This document shows, in pieces, positions 48,549 to 61,579 of a stretch of 64,000 nt of DNA; within the stretch, counting starts at the first letter, position 1, and each line of letters starts with the position of its first letter. The DNA lies in NCBI GenBank assembly GCA_964016885.1, contig OZ024743.1, positions 244,466,001-244,530,000 of the forward strand. The letters are read 5' to 3'. Under the pieces are notes generated by a model. It worked only from the letters and a program-made list of their open reading frames with translations, was not told the origin of the DNA and made no database searches. The stretch comes from Eledone cirrhosa. Its lineage: Eukaryota. The position numbers and the translations under genes are program-made.

Positions 48549-49552
48549 GTTGAACAAAATAGACAATAGAAATTATTCTATTTTGTATGTATGTGTGTAG
48601 AGATAGCTAAATAAGTGGATGGCTAGATATTGATAGAAATTTACATCCACCACCACACCCCCACACACATATATATATATATACATGTAATATATATACA
48701 ATATATATATACGAGCGAAACTTTCTAATATTATTTTGTCTCGCTTGTATTCGCCCCATTGGATGTTTTAAATGCTTTTCTGATTCTTTTTATTGAGATG
48801 TCCCAGTATATTAGTGACAAATAATATTATATATATATATATATATATAAATACTGAACTGAAGTTATTAAAAAAACTACACGAAAGGTTTAAGTAAGGT
48901 ATAAAATGATCGCATCGTGCTTGAAAGTTACTAACTCCTAGTTCAATATCTTAATTAATCTCTCGTTGTCATAATTATTTTCATTCTTGCTTGCTGACCC
49001 CGTGAAAATTCCAGTTTAATTAGAAACTACCACCAAATATTAAAGATCAATGTGACATTTTAAATGTATTATTTATAATTTATATATTTACACACACAAA
49101 TAATATAATCGCCTGTTATTTAAAAAAAATGTTTTGGCGTTGCTGCCCCGACAACGGTGGCAACCACTACCACCACCACCACTCTCTTTCCCACAAACAC
49201 CCATACCCACATACTCTTCTCACACACACACACACACTCTCTCTCTCACTCACACTCACACACTCTCTTTCTTTCTGTTTCCCAATCTCTTGCTCAATCT
49301 CTCCCGCTTACCTTCCCCTTTCTATAAAGACTTGTTACAGCATGGGATTTAAAAGATTCCACGTAGTCCCTACCGCCAACACCAACATCCTCTTTCTCTC
49401 TCTCTCACAAGTACACACTTTTGCCACCCCCCATTTCGAGCGTGACCAACGCCTTACACGGAATACACAGCAGCTTTAATGTAATAGATTAAGAAGGCGT
49501 CGGCCCGCCTGCCATGTGAAAAGCCTTAGAAGCCATGCTGATCCTCTGAAGA

Positions 49553-49830
49553 TGTGTGGCTTAATGGTTACGGGTGTTCGGCTCATGATCTTAATGTCAT
49601 GAGTTCGATTCCAGGTGGCGCGTTGGGTCCTTGAGCAAGACATTTTATATCTCTTTGTTCCAGTTTCACACATCTGGAGAAAACGAGTTGTACATGTAAT
49701 TCAAATGGCCAAGCTTGTCACACAGTGTCAAACTGAATTTGCTCGAGAACTACATTATGGGTTTATGTGTATGTGGAATACTCAGCCCATCCTCTTGCAC
49801 GTTCATTTCACGAGCAATCTGTTCCAACAC
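49553..49830 (+). mobile_element. tRNA-headed CORE-type SINE family B (representative copy)
   Basis: A-box TGGCTTAATGG, B-box GAGTTCGATTCC, CORE-like GTCCTTGAGCAAGACA. Other copies ~530-660, 28094-28280, 30900-31190, 42361-42505, 51268-51700 (+); ~985-1240, 4480-4605, 33000-33120, 62445-62510, 62960-63065 (-). Confidence 0.8.
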
Positions 49831-50742
49831 ACGAAGCTCAATCTTATTTGAACTGTAAAAAGGTTATTAAATGCCCAAATAAAATTCATTATGGTGGATT
49901 GGCAGTATCGGTAGAGGGTCGAACGCCATGCTTTGCAGTACAGTTACGTCCCTTTACGGTCTGAGTTCAAATCCCGCCGAGGTTAACTTTGCCTTTCATC
50001 CTTACGGGGTCGATAAAATAAAGTACCCGTAATACACTGGGATAATTGCTGGCCTTGTGCCAAAAGTAGAAACAATTATATTTATTAGTGGAATCGGTAG
50101 AGGGTCGGACGCCACGCTTTGCAGCAAATAGTTACGGCCCTTTATGGTCTGAGTTCAAATCCCGCCAAGGTTAACTTTGCCTTTCATCCTTACGGGGTCG
50201 ATAAAATAAAGTACCAGTAATGTACTGGATAATTGCTGGCCTTGTGCCAAAAGTAGAAACAATTATATTCATTAGTGGAATTATTATTATTAATACTATT
50301 ATTATTATTATTATTATAAGTATTTTTAATATTTTCAACTTCTTACATAATTGGTTATAGCTTCCCTAAAAATGTACATAGCAGAGAATCTGTGTGTGTG
50401 TGTGTGTGTGTGTCTATGCATATATGGGCACACACATACACATAATATATATATATGTATATGTTAGTGTGTGAACGAACATATATACATATATGTATAT
50501 ATTTAAAACGAATTCCCCTTTCCGTTTCAGCTGGCCTGCAAGCTTACATTGCAAAGCTGGTGAGCTTACAGGTCAGCCGAAACGGAGAGGTGTCTCTGTT
50601 GGGATTTTACTAACTACAATACCAACTCTATACCTCTTTGTATATATATATATATTTATATAAATATATATATATATTCATATATATATATTTATTTATT
50701 TATATATATATTTATTTATATATATATACATATATATATATT

Positions 50743-50791
<49 letters not shown>

Positions 50792-51324
50792 ATACACACA
50801 CATATATATATATATATATGTATATTCAAACACAAATATAAATGTAAAAATACACACATATATATATACACATGCACACACACACACACACATATATAAT
50901 GGGTTGATTTATTGAAATATATAAAATGCAAAAAAAAAATGAAAAAGAGACAATCGAAAGATAATTTGTTGATCGACCTGAAGACATGTTCTCTTGGCAA
51001 TGTCTACTCCCCACGGGCTAACTTATAGAGATAGATACACCTGTGAAGTATGATATATGAAATCCTACTTTCCGCAATAACAAAGAAAATTTATCATTAT
51101 TAATATTGTTGTTGTTGTTATTATTATACTTATTATTAAACTTATATGATCGACGAATATTTAAAGAATAAAACAAACATGTAATAATCAACAGTTGTCT
51201 TCTTGACTTTGCTTTTTACTTATCTTTTTTTCATTTCCTTTTGTTTATCTGCTTTATTTGTTGTCATGAATACACGTAGCTCAGTGGTTCGCGTTCTTGG
51301 CTCGCAATCGTATGGTCGTGAGTC

Positions 51325-51605
51325 CAGGGCCGGTGCAGAGTATCTGGCACCCTAGGCAAGGTCAGATTTTGCCTTCCCCATCCCTCCAGGAAAATATCAA
51401 TTTCAAAATTTTTAAACAATAAATTTAAAAACAAATTTTTTCAACATTTATTTGTCTCTTTACGAAATAAACAAGGATAAAATCGGCCCTCAATAAAACT
51501 GAAATTTAATTATTTATTTATTTTTCAAAATTGTTGTTGGTTTTGAGAAATGCGCCCCCTGAAATCAGCGCCCTATTCGTCTGCCTATATGGTAGGGCCG
51601 GCCGG
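51325..51605. mobile_element. hAT-type MITE nested inside a family-B SINE
   Basis: Begins CAGGGCCGG and ends AGGGCCGGCC; GC-rich subtermini around an AT-rich core; interrupts the SINE between its B-box region and the CORE segment. Confidence 0.6.
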
Positions 51606-52109
51606 CAGTGCGTTATGTCCTTGAGCAAGTTACTAAATTCACTTTACTACAGTTCACTTAGCTGAAAAAATAAGTTGCGATGGTGCTGGTGCCAAGCTTC
51701 ATCGGCCATTGGATATTATTGGTGGCGTAGAGAGAGGAGACGTCCATGCTGGTTGTACCCAGGCTTGTTCATTGGAGAGATTTTCCAGATGCCCATCATA
51801 TAAAAAAATCCTTTAACTCTAGACAGTATTGACGTCAAATTGAGTCATTAGAGCGTCGGATTAAATTGTAGCAATTTTCCCGGTTGTCGAAGTTCAAATC
51901 CGAGCATGGTCACATTTGCCTTTCATCCTCCTTTGTTGAGTTGTCCACTATCTCCTTTTCTGTCACGTGACTCTATTGTCTCGTTCTTTCATGTTTGTGC
52001 CACCGCACCGTTCAGACGTGGACATAGCCACAAGCCCTCTCCGATATTGTTTTTTATTTTGTTTTTTTTTGTCTCTATGGGTGTAACTGACCATCTTCAT
52101 CATAAATAA

Positions 52110-54616
52110 TTCTTCTTCTTCTTCTTCTTCTTCTTCTTCTTCTTCTTCTTCTTCTTCTTCTTCTTCTTCTTCTTCTTCTTCTTCTTCTTCTTCTTCTTCT
52201 TCTTCTTCTTCTCTCACTTATTCCTGGAGGGCCGTGGAGGGCACAGACACACATTCCAGAGGGTCATATCAGAAACTGGATCCTCAAGCGAGACCAGCCA
52301 AACTCATGGATGTTATCCAACCATCTTGTTCGTGTGGCTTTGCCCACAAAATCTGTCCACTGATTCTTTCCTGAGATATTCTAACCACATGCCCGTAGTA
52401 TCGGAGCTGTGATCACTCAATTTTGAAAAGTAACGACTCTCTGATTTCCGGGTTACGCATCCTATCGATTAACATTACTCCAAAGACGTTTCGGGGTAAG
52501 TTCATTTGGGCTGCATGTATTCGAGATATTATTATTTCGGTCATTATACAAGATCAATAAGGGTAGGCACGAACATCATTGAAGATAGCGAGTTTGGCTT
52601 TTACACCTACCTCACTTCTGATGTCAGGATTCTGAAGATGGCGCATTACTGCACCATCTCACGCATTGAATTTAATTTAGTCCCATCCCTTCCATCACTC
52701 GTGAAAACGGCCCCGATATACTTGAACTTCCCCACCTCCTTCAGTGGAACTCCACTTACATACGCAGGTTTCCTTGAGAGGAAGAGTATTTCAAATTTCG
52801 AAGCAATGATTTTCATTCCTACTGCGCAGCACTCTGCAGGAAGCCTATCCAGTGCATGTCAGAGATCACCTTCCAACGAGTGAAGTAGTACCATGTCGTC
52901 CACAAATTCCAGTCGACCGATTCTACCTGTTAGTCTCGATTCCACAGAACAATCTTTCTGCCTACCTTTTTTGGAAATTGGAATTATCTCTCCCAATTAT
53001 TATTGCTTTTGTAGTTTTCTAAAGATCCAGGCCACCCAGCACATACCAGTGAGCCAGAGAATACCCTCTCTATTTAAAGATTTTAACATCTCGGGTCGAA
53101 TTTCATCCTCTTCATAGGTCTTGCCACATCTGAGCTCTATAATTGTTCCGGTGACCTCAGTCTCCTAGAGGTTAGGTTTCGTCCTTACATGCACCTCGTG
53201 TATATCAGATGTTGTTATGACTGGGCTTATGAGATCAGCAATGTATTCTCTCCACCTCTCGAGGATTCATCTCTCTTCAGAGAGAAGAACCCCAGACGAG
53301 TTACTAATAGCAGGCGTGAAGGAAGATTTCTTGTTATAATGTCGTTGGACGGTCTGCCAGAATTCTTTATTTGCTGATCTAAAGTCTGATTCCAACTTGA
53401 CCCCAAAGTTGTAACTTTAGGTGAATTTACTCTCTCTGGTATACCTTTTCGCGCCTGCTTGTACCGGGAGTGCATAAAGGAATACTTAATTCCAAGCCGA
53501 GCTTTATAAGCCCCCTTCCTTGCTTGAATGACATATTTAACCTCCTTATTAAGTCAGGGGCTCATCCTGCCACACGGTGTCACACTAAGCCACTTTCACC
53601 TACAGCATTTAACAGCTGAAGCAGAAACTGCCGAGATGAACAGTCTCCACTCCATTTCAACATCCTCAGTTTGCTCAGGGAGTTCTCTGAATTTAGATGC
53701 GATAGTATCCACATACTTGGTCCGGATCTCCTCATCAGCCAGCACTTCCCACTTTATCCTGTAGGTCGAGCTGCACCTATCAGTTTTGTGGGGCTTCTTG
53801 ACTTTGAGTAGTCTCCCCCAAGTTGCAGATAACTAGATGGTGATCAGTTGACAGACCAGCTCCTTACTTAACACGAACATCCAGCACAGAATCAAAGAAA
53901 GCAAAGACAATAAAATAATCAATTACTTATCTCTATCATCGATTTTTCTTATACTATGTATACTTATGGAAGTCTTTGTGCTGGAAGAAGGTGCATAGAG
54001 AGCCCATTACTAGAATAGAAGTCTAATAAGAGGTCTCAGTTTGTATATAGATCGAGATTGCCATTCGTTCTAATCACTTTTTTCATGTCAGATGACCAGT
54101 ACCAACATGTTCATTGAAACTTCCCATTAGGATATATGGCTCAGGCTTAACTACATCTAACGCTGCAAGATAGGATATGTTTCGGACTCCTTGTTTGGCA
54201 CATAAAATGGCACCACCCACAGAGACCTGTCTTTCAGCCTATCTTCCCTTCCAACGAAATCCAGTCCATAACACATTCCGACAGCCGGGACTTGTGAGAA
54301 TCCCCACTTCCACCAGTGCACTAATTTCTGGCACAACACATGAATAGCGGTGTTTCCATCCTCCATCCAAATATATGGAACTTTGTTGAGGAAACCCCGA
54401 CTGCATCTAGCCGGTAACATCTGGCCTCTTCCACTAGCTCTTGCTCCTTACCTGTAACGGTTGTAACGCCCCAGTTGCCAATTGTTGTTAAAATTGTCTC
54501 CCTACTAGACTCTCCGGTAACATCTGGCCTCTTCCACTAGCTCTTGCTCCTTACCTGTAACGGTTGTAACGCCCCAGTTGCCAATTGTTGTTAAAATTGT
54601 CTCCCTACTGGACTCT
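52110..54616 (-). mobile_element. Degenerate RTE LINE (Expander/Rex3-like) with (GAA)n tail
   Basis: Minus strand NWGVTTVTGKEQELVEEARCYRLDAVGVSST resembles the Expander endonuclease start (WNVTSLxGKExELVxExxRYRLDIVG), followed by FKYIG-type RT remnants; (TTC)n at 52110-52210 is the tail. Confidence 0.82.
54411..54616. repeat. 103-bp direct tandem duplication at the 5' end of the RTE remnant
   Basis: 54411-54513 vs 54514-54616, one mismatch seen. Confidence 0.9.
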
Positions 54617-54624
54617 CTCTACAT

Positions 54625-54840
54625 ATATACATTCATTTTATCAAAGCTAAATATTGAATCTAGTTACTCTGGAGTTTCGCCTATTTATCTCAGGGTCATC
54701 AAGAACATGGCTGATGACCCTGAGATAAATAGGCGAAACTTCAGAGCAGCAAGACACACTATTTAGCCTTATTAAAGTGAATATTAAAGCTCTACGGCGG
54801 TATTGAGTACTCTTTTGTCTCAGCCGTCAATCACGTACTC

Positions 54841-54843
<3 letters not shown>
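54625..54843 (+). mobile_element. PLE-type pLTR fragment with inverted hammerhead pair
   Basis: Arms 54667-54701 / 54712-54746. Plus: CTGATGA-C-CCT-GAGATAAAT-AGG-C-GAAAC. The minus copy has GAAACTCCAGAGTA (stem III ACUC/GAGU, GUA). Ends with the CTCTAC..GTATTGAGTACT motif. Confidence 0.68.
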
Positions 54844-54895
<52 letters not shown>

Positions 54896-54950
54896 CGGTG
54901 CCCCAGCATGGCCTCAGCCGGATGGCTGAAACAGGTAAAAGAGTATATAT

Positions 54951-55132
54951 GTAACGAAGGAGTTGTGGTAAGGAACCAGATGGACCATAACGCACCAGAG
55001 TACTCAATACTTAGGGTAATAGAGTGGGTAATAGGAGAAAGTATGACCCCGACGGCAGAGCTCAAGCCATTTCGACGGCTAATAGCCGTAGAAACGGCTT
55101 GAGCTCTGCCGCCGGGTCATACTTTCTCCTAT
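54951..55132 (-). mobile_element. Short fold-back element, copy 3 (diverged subfamily)
   Basis: Same tail; ~50-bp imperfect hairpin 55031-55132 containing GCCGTAGAAACGG, resembling a hammerhead stem II/GAAAC remnant. Confidence 0.8.
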
Positions 55133-55511
55133 ATATATATGTATGTATACGCCTTCCTCACTCATATATACATCGCTATTTAAGAGCACCAATACTAATA
55201 CCTAATTTTTGCTGGACCAGCAATCGCTCTGTTTAATCAGCTTCTGATTATTACTGGAATTCTATAAGAATCCAGCTCCGATGATCGCCAAACAGCGTGA
55301 AATAGACTGTTAGCTTCTCTCCCTTCTTTCGCTGAAAAGAAGTAAGCGACATAGTCACTACTTTAAAACCGATAGCGTATGGTCTTCAATATGGTATATT
55401 ACTAAATATACTATACATACATTCATATATATATATATATATATATATATGTGTCTGTGTGTTTATATATGTGTATATATATATATATGTGTGTGTGTAA
55501 ATATCTATTTA

Positions 55512-55551
<40 letters not shown>

Positions 55552-55554
<3 letters not shown>

Positions 55555-55737
55555 TAGTCTTAGTTCCTCCAGTCCCTTGTGGGCGACGAGTTTCCTCCGC
55601 TTGATCCTGTCACTGGCAGCCCTTCTAGCACCTCTCCAGGTAATTCCCATCTCCTGCAGGTCCTCCCTGAATGTGCTCGACCATGTTTTTCGTGGTCTTC
55701 CCCGTTCTCTCCTGCCACCTTCTGGTACCCAATCCAT
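55552..55737 (-). mobile_element. RTE-clade LINE extreme 3' fragment (third family) in (TA)n
   Basis: WVPEGGRRERGRPRKTWSSTFREDL...; ACTAAG x2 tail; TA on both sides. Confidence 0.82.
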
Positions 55738-55943
55738 ATATATATCCTGATTAGTTCTTTCGTTGTTTTGGTATTGTATGGTTGGGTTTTGCCTACCGCA
55801 ATTTTCAATTTGTCAAGCTATTTAAACGTAATGTTATTACTCTAAGGACCTACCCTTATTGAGTGCTTTGCTACTCATTCCTTATTGTAGGTCGACTTTG
55901 CTTGGCCACAGCCAAAGCTTCCATTTTACTAAGCTTCCACTTG

Positions 55944-56008
<65 letters not shown>

Positions 56009-56159
56009 GTGTGTGTGTGTGTGTGTCACTATTAATATATATATATATATAGTTTAATGGTTTGTAACTTTATTATTGGTAAACCAACTTGAGTACTCGG
56101 TGCATAGGTGGGTCCGTTTCAATATTGTATGTGGTGTTGTACATTTGGTGTTATTCTAA

Positions 56160-56623
56160 TGTCAAAGTATCATAAAGTTTATTCAGGTATGGCATGCGTT
56201 TTGCGATTGGCCAGCTCAAGGAAAGATCCGTATCGATCAGGCCCGAGTCTGGAATCAATAGCTCATTAGACTCGTGGTTTCTTTAATGGCAGGGAGTTAT
56301 CTACGTACAGCTTTCAATTAGAATTTCTCATTCTTTTTTTTTTGATTGGTTGGTTGAAAGGAAAAGGTAGAAAGGAAAGAAGAGGAGGTAAAAAGAGAAA
56401 TAAAGGAAACAGGAGTGAGGGAAGAAAGGAAGAAAGGAAATCAGAATGAGACAAAGGATAAGGAGGAGTAGGGGGAAGTGTTGAGCATATCTAATAGTGT
56501 AAACCACGAGTCTGATGGGCTATTGATTCCAGAGTCGGGCCCGATCGATATGGATCGTACCTTGAACTGATCAATCGCGAAACGCGCGTCATACTTGAAT
56601 AAACTAATGATGATTCTTTGACA
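56160..56623. mobile_element. Diverged inverted pLTR pair (~120-bp arms) with hammerhead core
   Basis: 56160-56280 is an imperfect reverse complement of 56501-56623. Right arm: CTGATGG-GC..ATTGAT...ATCAAT..GC-GAAAC-GCGC-GTC (palindromic ACGCGCGT). Purine-rich spacer between the arms. Confidence 0.65.
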
Positions 56624-56821
56624 CCTCGTCCCTACGCGGTGGATTGGCAGCATCGGTAGATGGCCGGACGCCATGCTTTGCAGCAAAGAGTTACGACCCT
56701 TTATGGTCTGAGTTCAAATCCCGCCGAGATTAACTTTGCCTTTCATCCTTACGGGGTCGATAAAATAAAGTACCAGTAATACACTGTGATAAGTGCTGGC
56801 CTTGTGCCAAAAGGTAGAAAC

Positions 56822-56877
<56 letters not shown>

Positions 56878-59619
56878 ATAAAATTATATACATACACATA
56901 TATATATGCGTGTGTGTATGTATGTAGTTTATATATAAGCTTGTGCGGGCGCGTTTGTCTATATACTTCTTTGATATATTCTTTTTATACAGTATTTATG
57001 TACCTACTATATATTTGTGTATGAGTTCAGACGTATGTACATATGTGTGTGCGCGTGCATGTGAGTATGTGTGTGTGATTGTGTGCGTGACAAGCTAGTA
57101 TACTGCATATAGTCATAGAACGTGTATATATAAATGGATATAGCCAAGTGGTGGTTGAAAATACATCCTACACCATTACCCCCACGACCACCACCATCAC
57201 CAATCAGATCATTGAAAATCTGGGGAAATGTCTTGCCGTGTTGGTACTTAAATGACTGACCGTTGGAGTGAACCAACTGGGTGCCAGTCAGGTACAGTAA
57301 ACAACTAACCTATGTTATATCAGTTTAGAATAACAAAGCTAGATTCAGTGTGAGTTGAAAAGGAGTAGGTAAAGAAGACATTTTACTTGGGATTCCCCTA
57401 CAACCACCCCGGTTATACGTGTATATGCAGGATGCAGCAGCAATCGTACCCGGTAAAATAAAATTAAAATAAAATACGCTAGTTACAGATGTGATATATA
57501 ATAACATCAACAAAAAGAATAACATTGAAAGAAGAAAAAAAAAACATTCAGTTAAAAGGTGTGAAAAAAATGTTATTGAATCAAAATTTCATATTCGGTT
57601 GTATATATATTTACAAACGGAAAGAGAGAAAAAAAACAAGCAGGGTGAATAAATAAAAGGAAATGGGGGGAATGGGAGGAGGAAATTCGACACCCTTGAC
57701 AAGAGCATTACCAAGGAAGAACAGCTAGCGATACTCGTTACATCAGATATTTCACCTCACGGGCCTCTTCTTCATTCGTAATGTCCCTCTGCAGTTGTTG
57801 TGAAGAAAAATGACAGTCTGGTGACCTAAGACAGCGAATATCTCGATAGCAACCGACATGAATAATAAATCGTCAATCAAAGTCCGGTCTTGAGTTGTAT
57901 TCCGCAATTCTCAGCGTTATGGACAGCGGTAATAGAGACTGTGACTGAAGATATACGGTTGTCACTGGAGAAGTGTTGCAATAGTAGGCGTCTTAGTTGA
58001 AGTGCATATACTTCCATAAACATTCAAACTGTGTAAACGTAAGAGTTGATTATGGCGTATGGTTACCAGTTGAATTTCATAAAAATTAGTACAAAGTATC
58101 CCCAAAGTAATGGGCTGTGTTAGAAAGTATCTCCAAAATGTAAATTTTCCTAATTAAAGAGGTAATTCTCATACTAGGACCTAAATAGTAGATGCGAACT
58201 ACGTGAAGCTTATTGTGAACATCACTACCCTTTCCGTATAGAAATCTCTGTACAAAGGGGACCAGTTCGCTACAACTATCAGACTTTATTTTCTTTTGAA
58301 GAGTGTTTTAACCCCGAAATATCAACGAAATATAAGATAAAAGGGTAACTTGGTGTCCTGTTTTTGTTTTGTTTTTTCTTCACTTGTATTTTCAGACTTT
58401 ATTTGTAACCTGCCTTATTCTGACAAAGCATTGTTCTCGCAATGCTTCATATAAACTATGTATGTGTATAACAGGTCCCCTTCTGGCGTGACTGACAATG
58501 TGTTTGCACCTGAAAAGTTCCTATCTAAGGCGCAGACCTAGGCAAGGTGTTTGTATCGAAGACCAACAGACCCCCATGCACACTAGTCTTCCTTCTCTAT
58601 GCCACTGATGTTGTCTAATAAAAATACAAAGAGCGATACAGCAAAGTATCGTTGCAACGCATGTTTTGCAACTGAGAGAACTGAAGTAACGTGGAATAAA
58701 GTGTCCTGCTCAAGGATACAATGTGACATTGAACTTATAATTGTGAGTTAAACACACTAACTACTAATTATTTTATCACCTGAATCCAGTGGGATTTGAA
58801 CTCAGATTGCCAAGGACGAAAATAAATGCTGCAACGTATTTAGTTCAATGCGTTCATGTTTTTGTTAAAATACATTCCAAAATTTACATAATCTATGCTC
58901 TTAGCTATTAAATGTAAATATGGACCCAACAGGAAATAGAAAGAAAGAAAATACGTATGTGCGAGAAATGGGTCTTCATCTGACCTCCTTTAGCTAACCC
59001 TGTTTTATATACAAAAAACAACGATACAGGCCTCGTTACCAGCTTTTAGTTTGATTATAACCTTATCAGAACGTTATATGATTAGAGATCACTTTTGTTA
59101 CTCTAGCACAGTTGTTTGTTTACACTCAATCGATGTCCAGCCGTTTGTGGAGTGTAAGTCATACTGTTTTTTTACACTGAGGGATTATTAGCATATTTGG
59201 TGTATATAGTTAGGCGTTAAACATGAATTTGAATCCCACCTCGAACTCGTTTTTTGTCCTCTTATTTTCCCCTTCTCTTTATTTTCTGTTTATCAACTGA
59301 CATATTTATAGTCAATATGACCTTAATCTCAGGTCTGCTTTATTCGGTACTTCATATATTACAGCTAAACTGTTGTTGAATGCATTGTTGCACTCTTTAT
59401 ACAGGGGCACTGTGCACGTAGAGTGGGGAAAATAAAGCATAAACACTTCATAATTTTCAAATAAAATCTTATATTAGTATGATTTCTAGTGTAAGTGCAA
59501 TGCCAGACATTTTATCAATCTCAGTAATAGACTACCACATTATTTTATGTCCTGGAAGTTGAAATTCTATATTGAAATTTAAAAAAAAAACACATAAAAC
59601 ACCTCGGTTTGGCAAGGAA

Positions 59620-60530
59620 AATACAAGGAGCGACCTGATATTACAGGAGATGAAAAAAAGAAGAGGATGCCAGAAAAATGTGAAAGGTAATCCAGCAACG
59701 CCAGCAGGGTCACTAGGAAAGGTGCACTCTAGAGGAGTCTCAGCCGGATTGACTTTTGACATACGGCCTTTTTAGGATCGGCTTCATCCTCGGAACTGTC
59801 TATGAACTCTTGCCCTCCAATGCGACACTAGTGAAGTGGGGAGGGGGGATAACTCTAAGTATCCACTCTGCTAGGCCATACAGACAGTAGGACATGTTCT
59901 TAGCTCATTACCAGAATCTCTATCAGCATTCTACCTGGCAGAAGCCAGCAAATTGTGGCTGAAAATAGCTGTGCCGTCCAGGCATGGGAGTTGAGTCTAC
60001 TGGGTTAAAATTATGAATGGAAGAGAAAAGCAGACATCCCAGGATTAAAAGAAAAATCACCAGTAAGAGTGTGTTAAGGCCAGACATAGTACTCTGCTCC
60101 AGCTCATCAAAGCAGCTGATTTTGATTGAATTTACTGTGCCATATAAAGCAGAATAGGGGAAAACCAATGCCTACAATATTGAAAAATATATCAGTCTAG
60201 CCAGATTCATTGCCATAAAGGTTGGAACAAGAAAATTTGGAGGTAAATATGCCTATAACCTCACGAAACAACTCAAGCTTTAAAAGTAATAGCAGGAACA
60301 ACTGAAAAGAATTCCAAATGGATCTGGCTGAGGGGGAACAAGCTATCTCCATACGGCTTAAGTGCTCTACAGACATGTCTCCGATATCCAAACGGTTAAA
60401 AGGCGTCAGCAGAAGGGCACCTGGTATTTCTGATATGGATTCAGCCTAGCACTCCCTTCTATTAGAGTGTAAGGAATAAATGGCCGAAACATTTTCACGA
60501 GGAGAGCTTCTTCTCTGAAGACTTTCTGCA
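59620..60530 (+). mobile_element. Hero-like non-LTR retrotransposon 3' remnant (zinc knuckle plus restriction-like endonuclease)
   Basis: FRIGFILGTVYELLPSNATLVKWG..YPLC*..GHVLSS, RPDIVLCSSSSKQLILIEFTVPY (from 60077) and C-terminal WIWLR; multiple stops and frameshifts. Confidence 0.78.
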
Positions 60531-61524
60531 GCCCAGCTCTCCATAGAGTATTTCACAGCAGCCCAACAAAGGATCTGTTTGGAAATTTAAAAGTAGCTTG
60601 AAAGACTTGCATGGCTTTATGAAGAACAGTTACTGAGAAATATATATTATTAATTTTGAATCCTTATCTATAGGGGAGGGGTGAAAATCAACTCCAGTAC
60701 TTGGTTGGTTGTTTATGTATCGAACTCAGAAAGATCATATGTAAAGTTGGTCTCGGCAGGATTTTACTTCCAAGCATACAGAGCCAGAACAAATACCGTA
60801 ATATTCGACGCTCGAACGATTCTCTAAACTTGGTGTCTTAACCTGATATATACTAAAACTTATTTTATTATCCTCCCGAGGAGAAAGTCAACTTGGAGAG
60901 AATTGAACTCTGAACGCTGAAACATGAAAAAAGATGTAAAACACTGAACAATTCTCAAGTTCTTGTGCCAACGAGGAAATATCTACACAGTTGCTAGACT
61001 TACTAGACGTTTCAGCCAAATCTTTATCAAATCCTACTTTACCATATTAAATAATAAAGAGACAGATAAATGAGGCGCTCCTGGATATATTATGTCTGAA
61101 TAAAAAAGACGGTATAGTCACGGCTACAATTTTTTTGTTCATAGTTCGAAACAGCAGCACATCAACTGTAATTTATTAATGTTACAGTAAGTTGTTACAG
61201 TAAGTTGTTACAGTAAGTTGTTAAGTCAGTGTTAATACAATGTAGTGAACCAAGAAATTTTAATTAAGACTAGACCACCCGTAACACGTTGGGTCACGTT
61301 CACTTGAAAAATTTTTTTTAAAATCATGTTCACTTAAAAATATTTTTTTAATAATTAAAATATACACAGACATGTATATAATGTGAAATGAAACTGGAAG
61401 GACCATATATATATACATGTATGTATATATATATATATAAATATGTATGTGTGTGTGTCTATATATGTGGGTGTCTGTGATCTATATACACTGGTCATAG
61501 ACACACACATATACACACACACTC

Positions 61525-61579
<55 letters not shown>

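Noticed and set aside
49135-49170. RFX X-box-like GTTGC...GGCAAC promoter motif
   Set aside because: Half-site spacing does not fit the ~14-bp X-box and no linked first exon is visible.
57007-57525. Minus-strand ORFs as exons of a second gene
   Set aside because: No recognisable domain and no consistent splice sites; one runs into a microsatellite.
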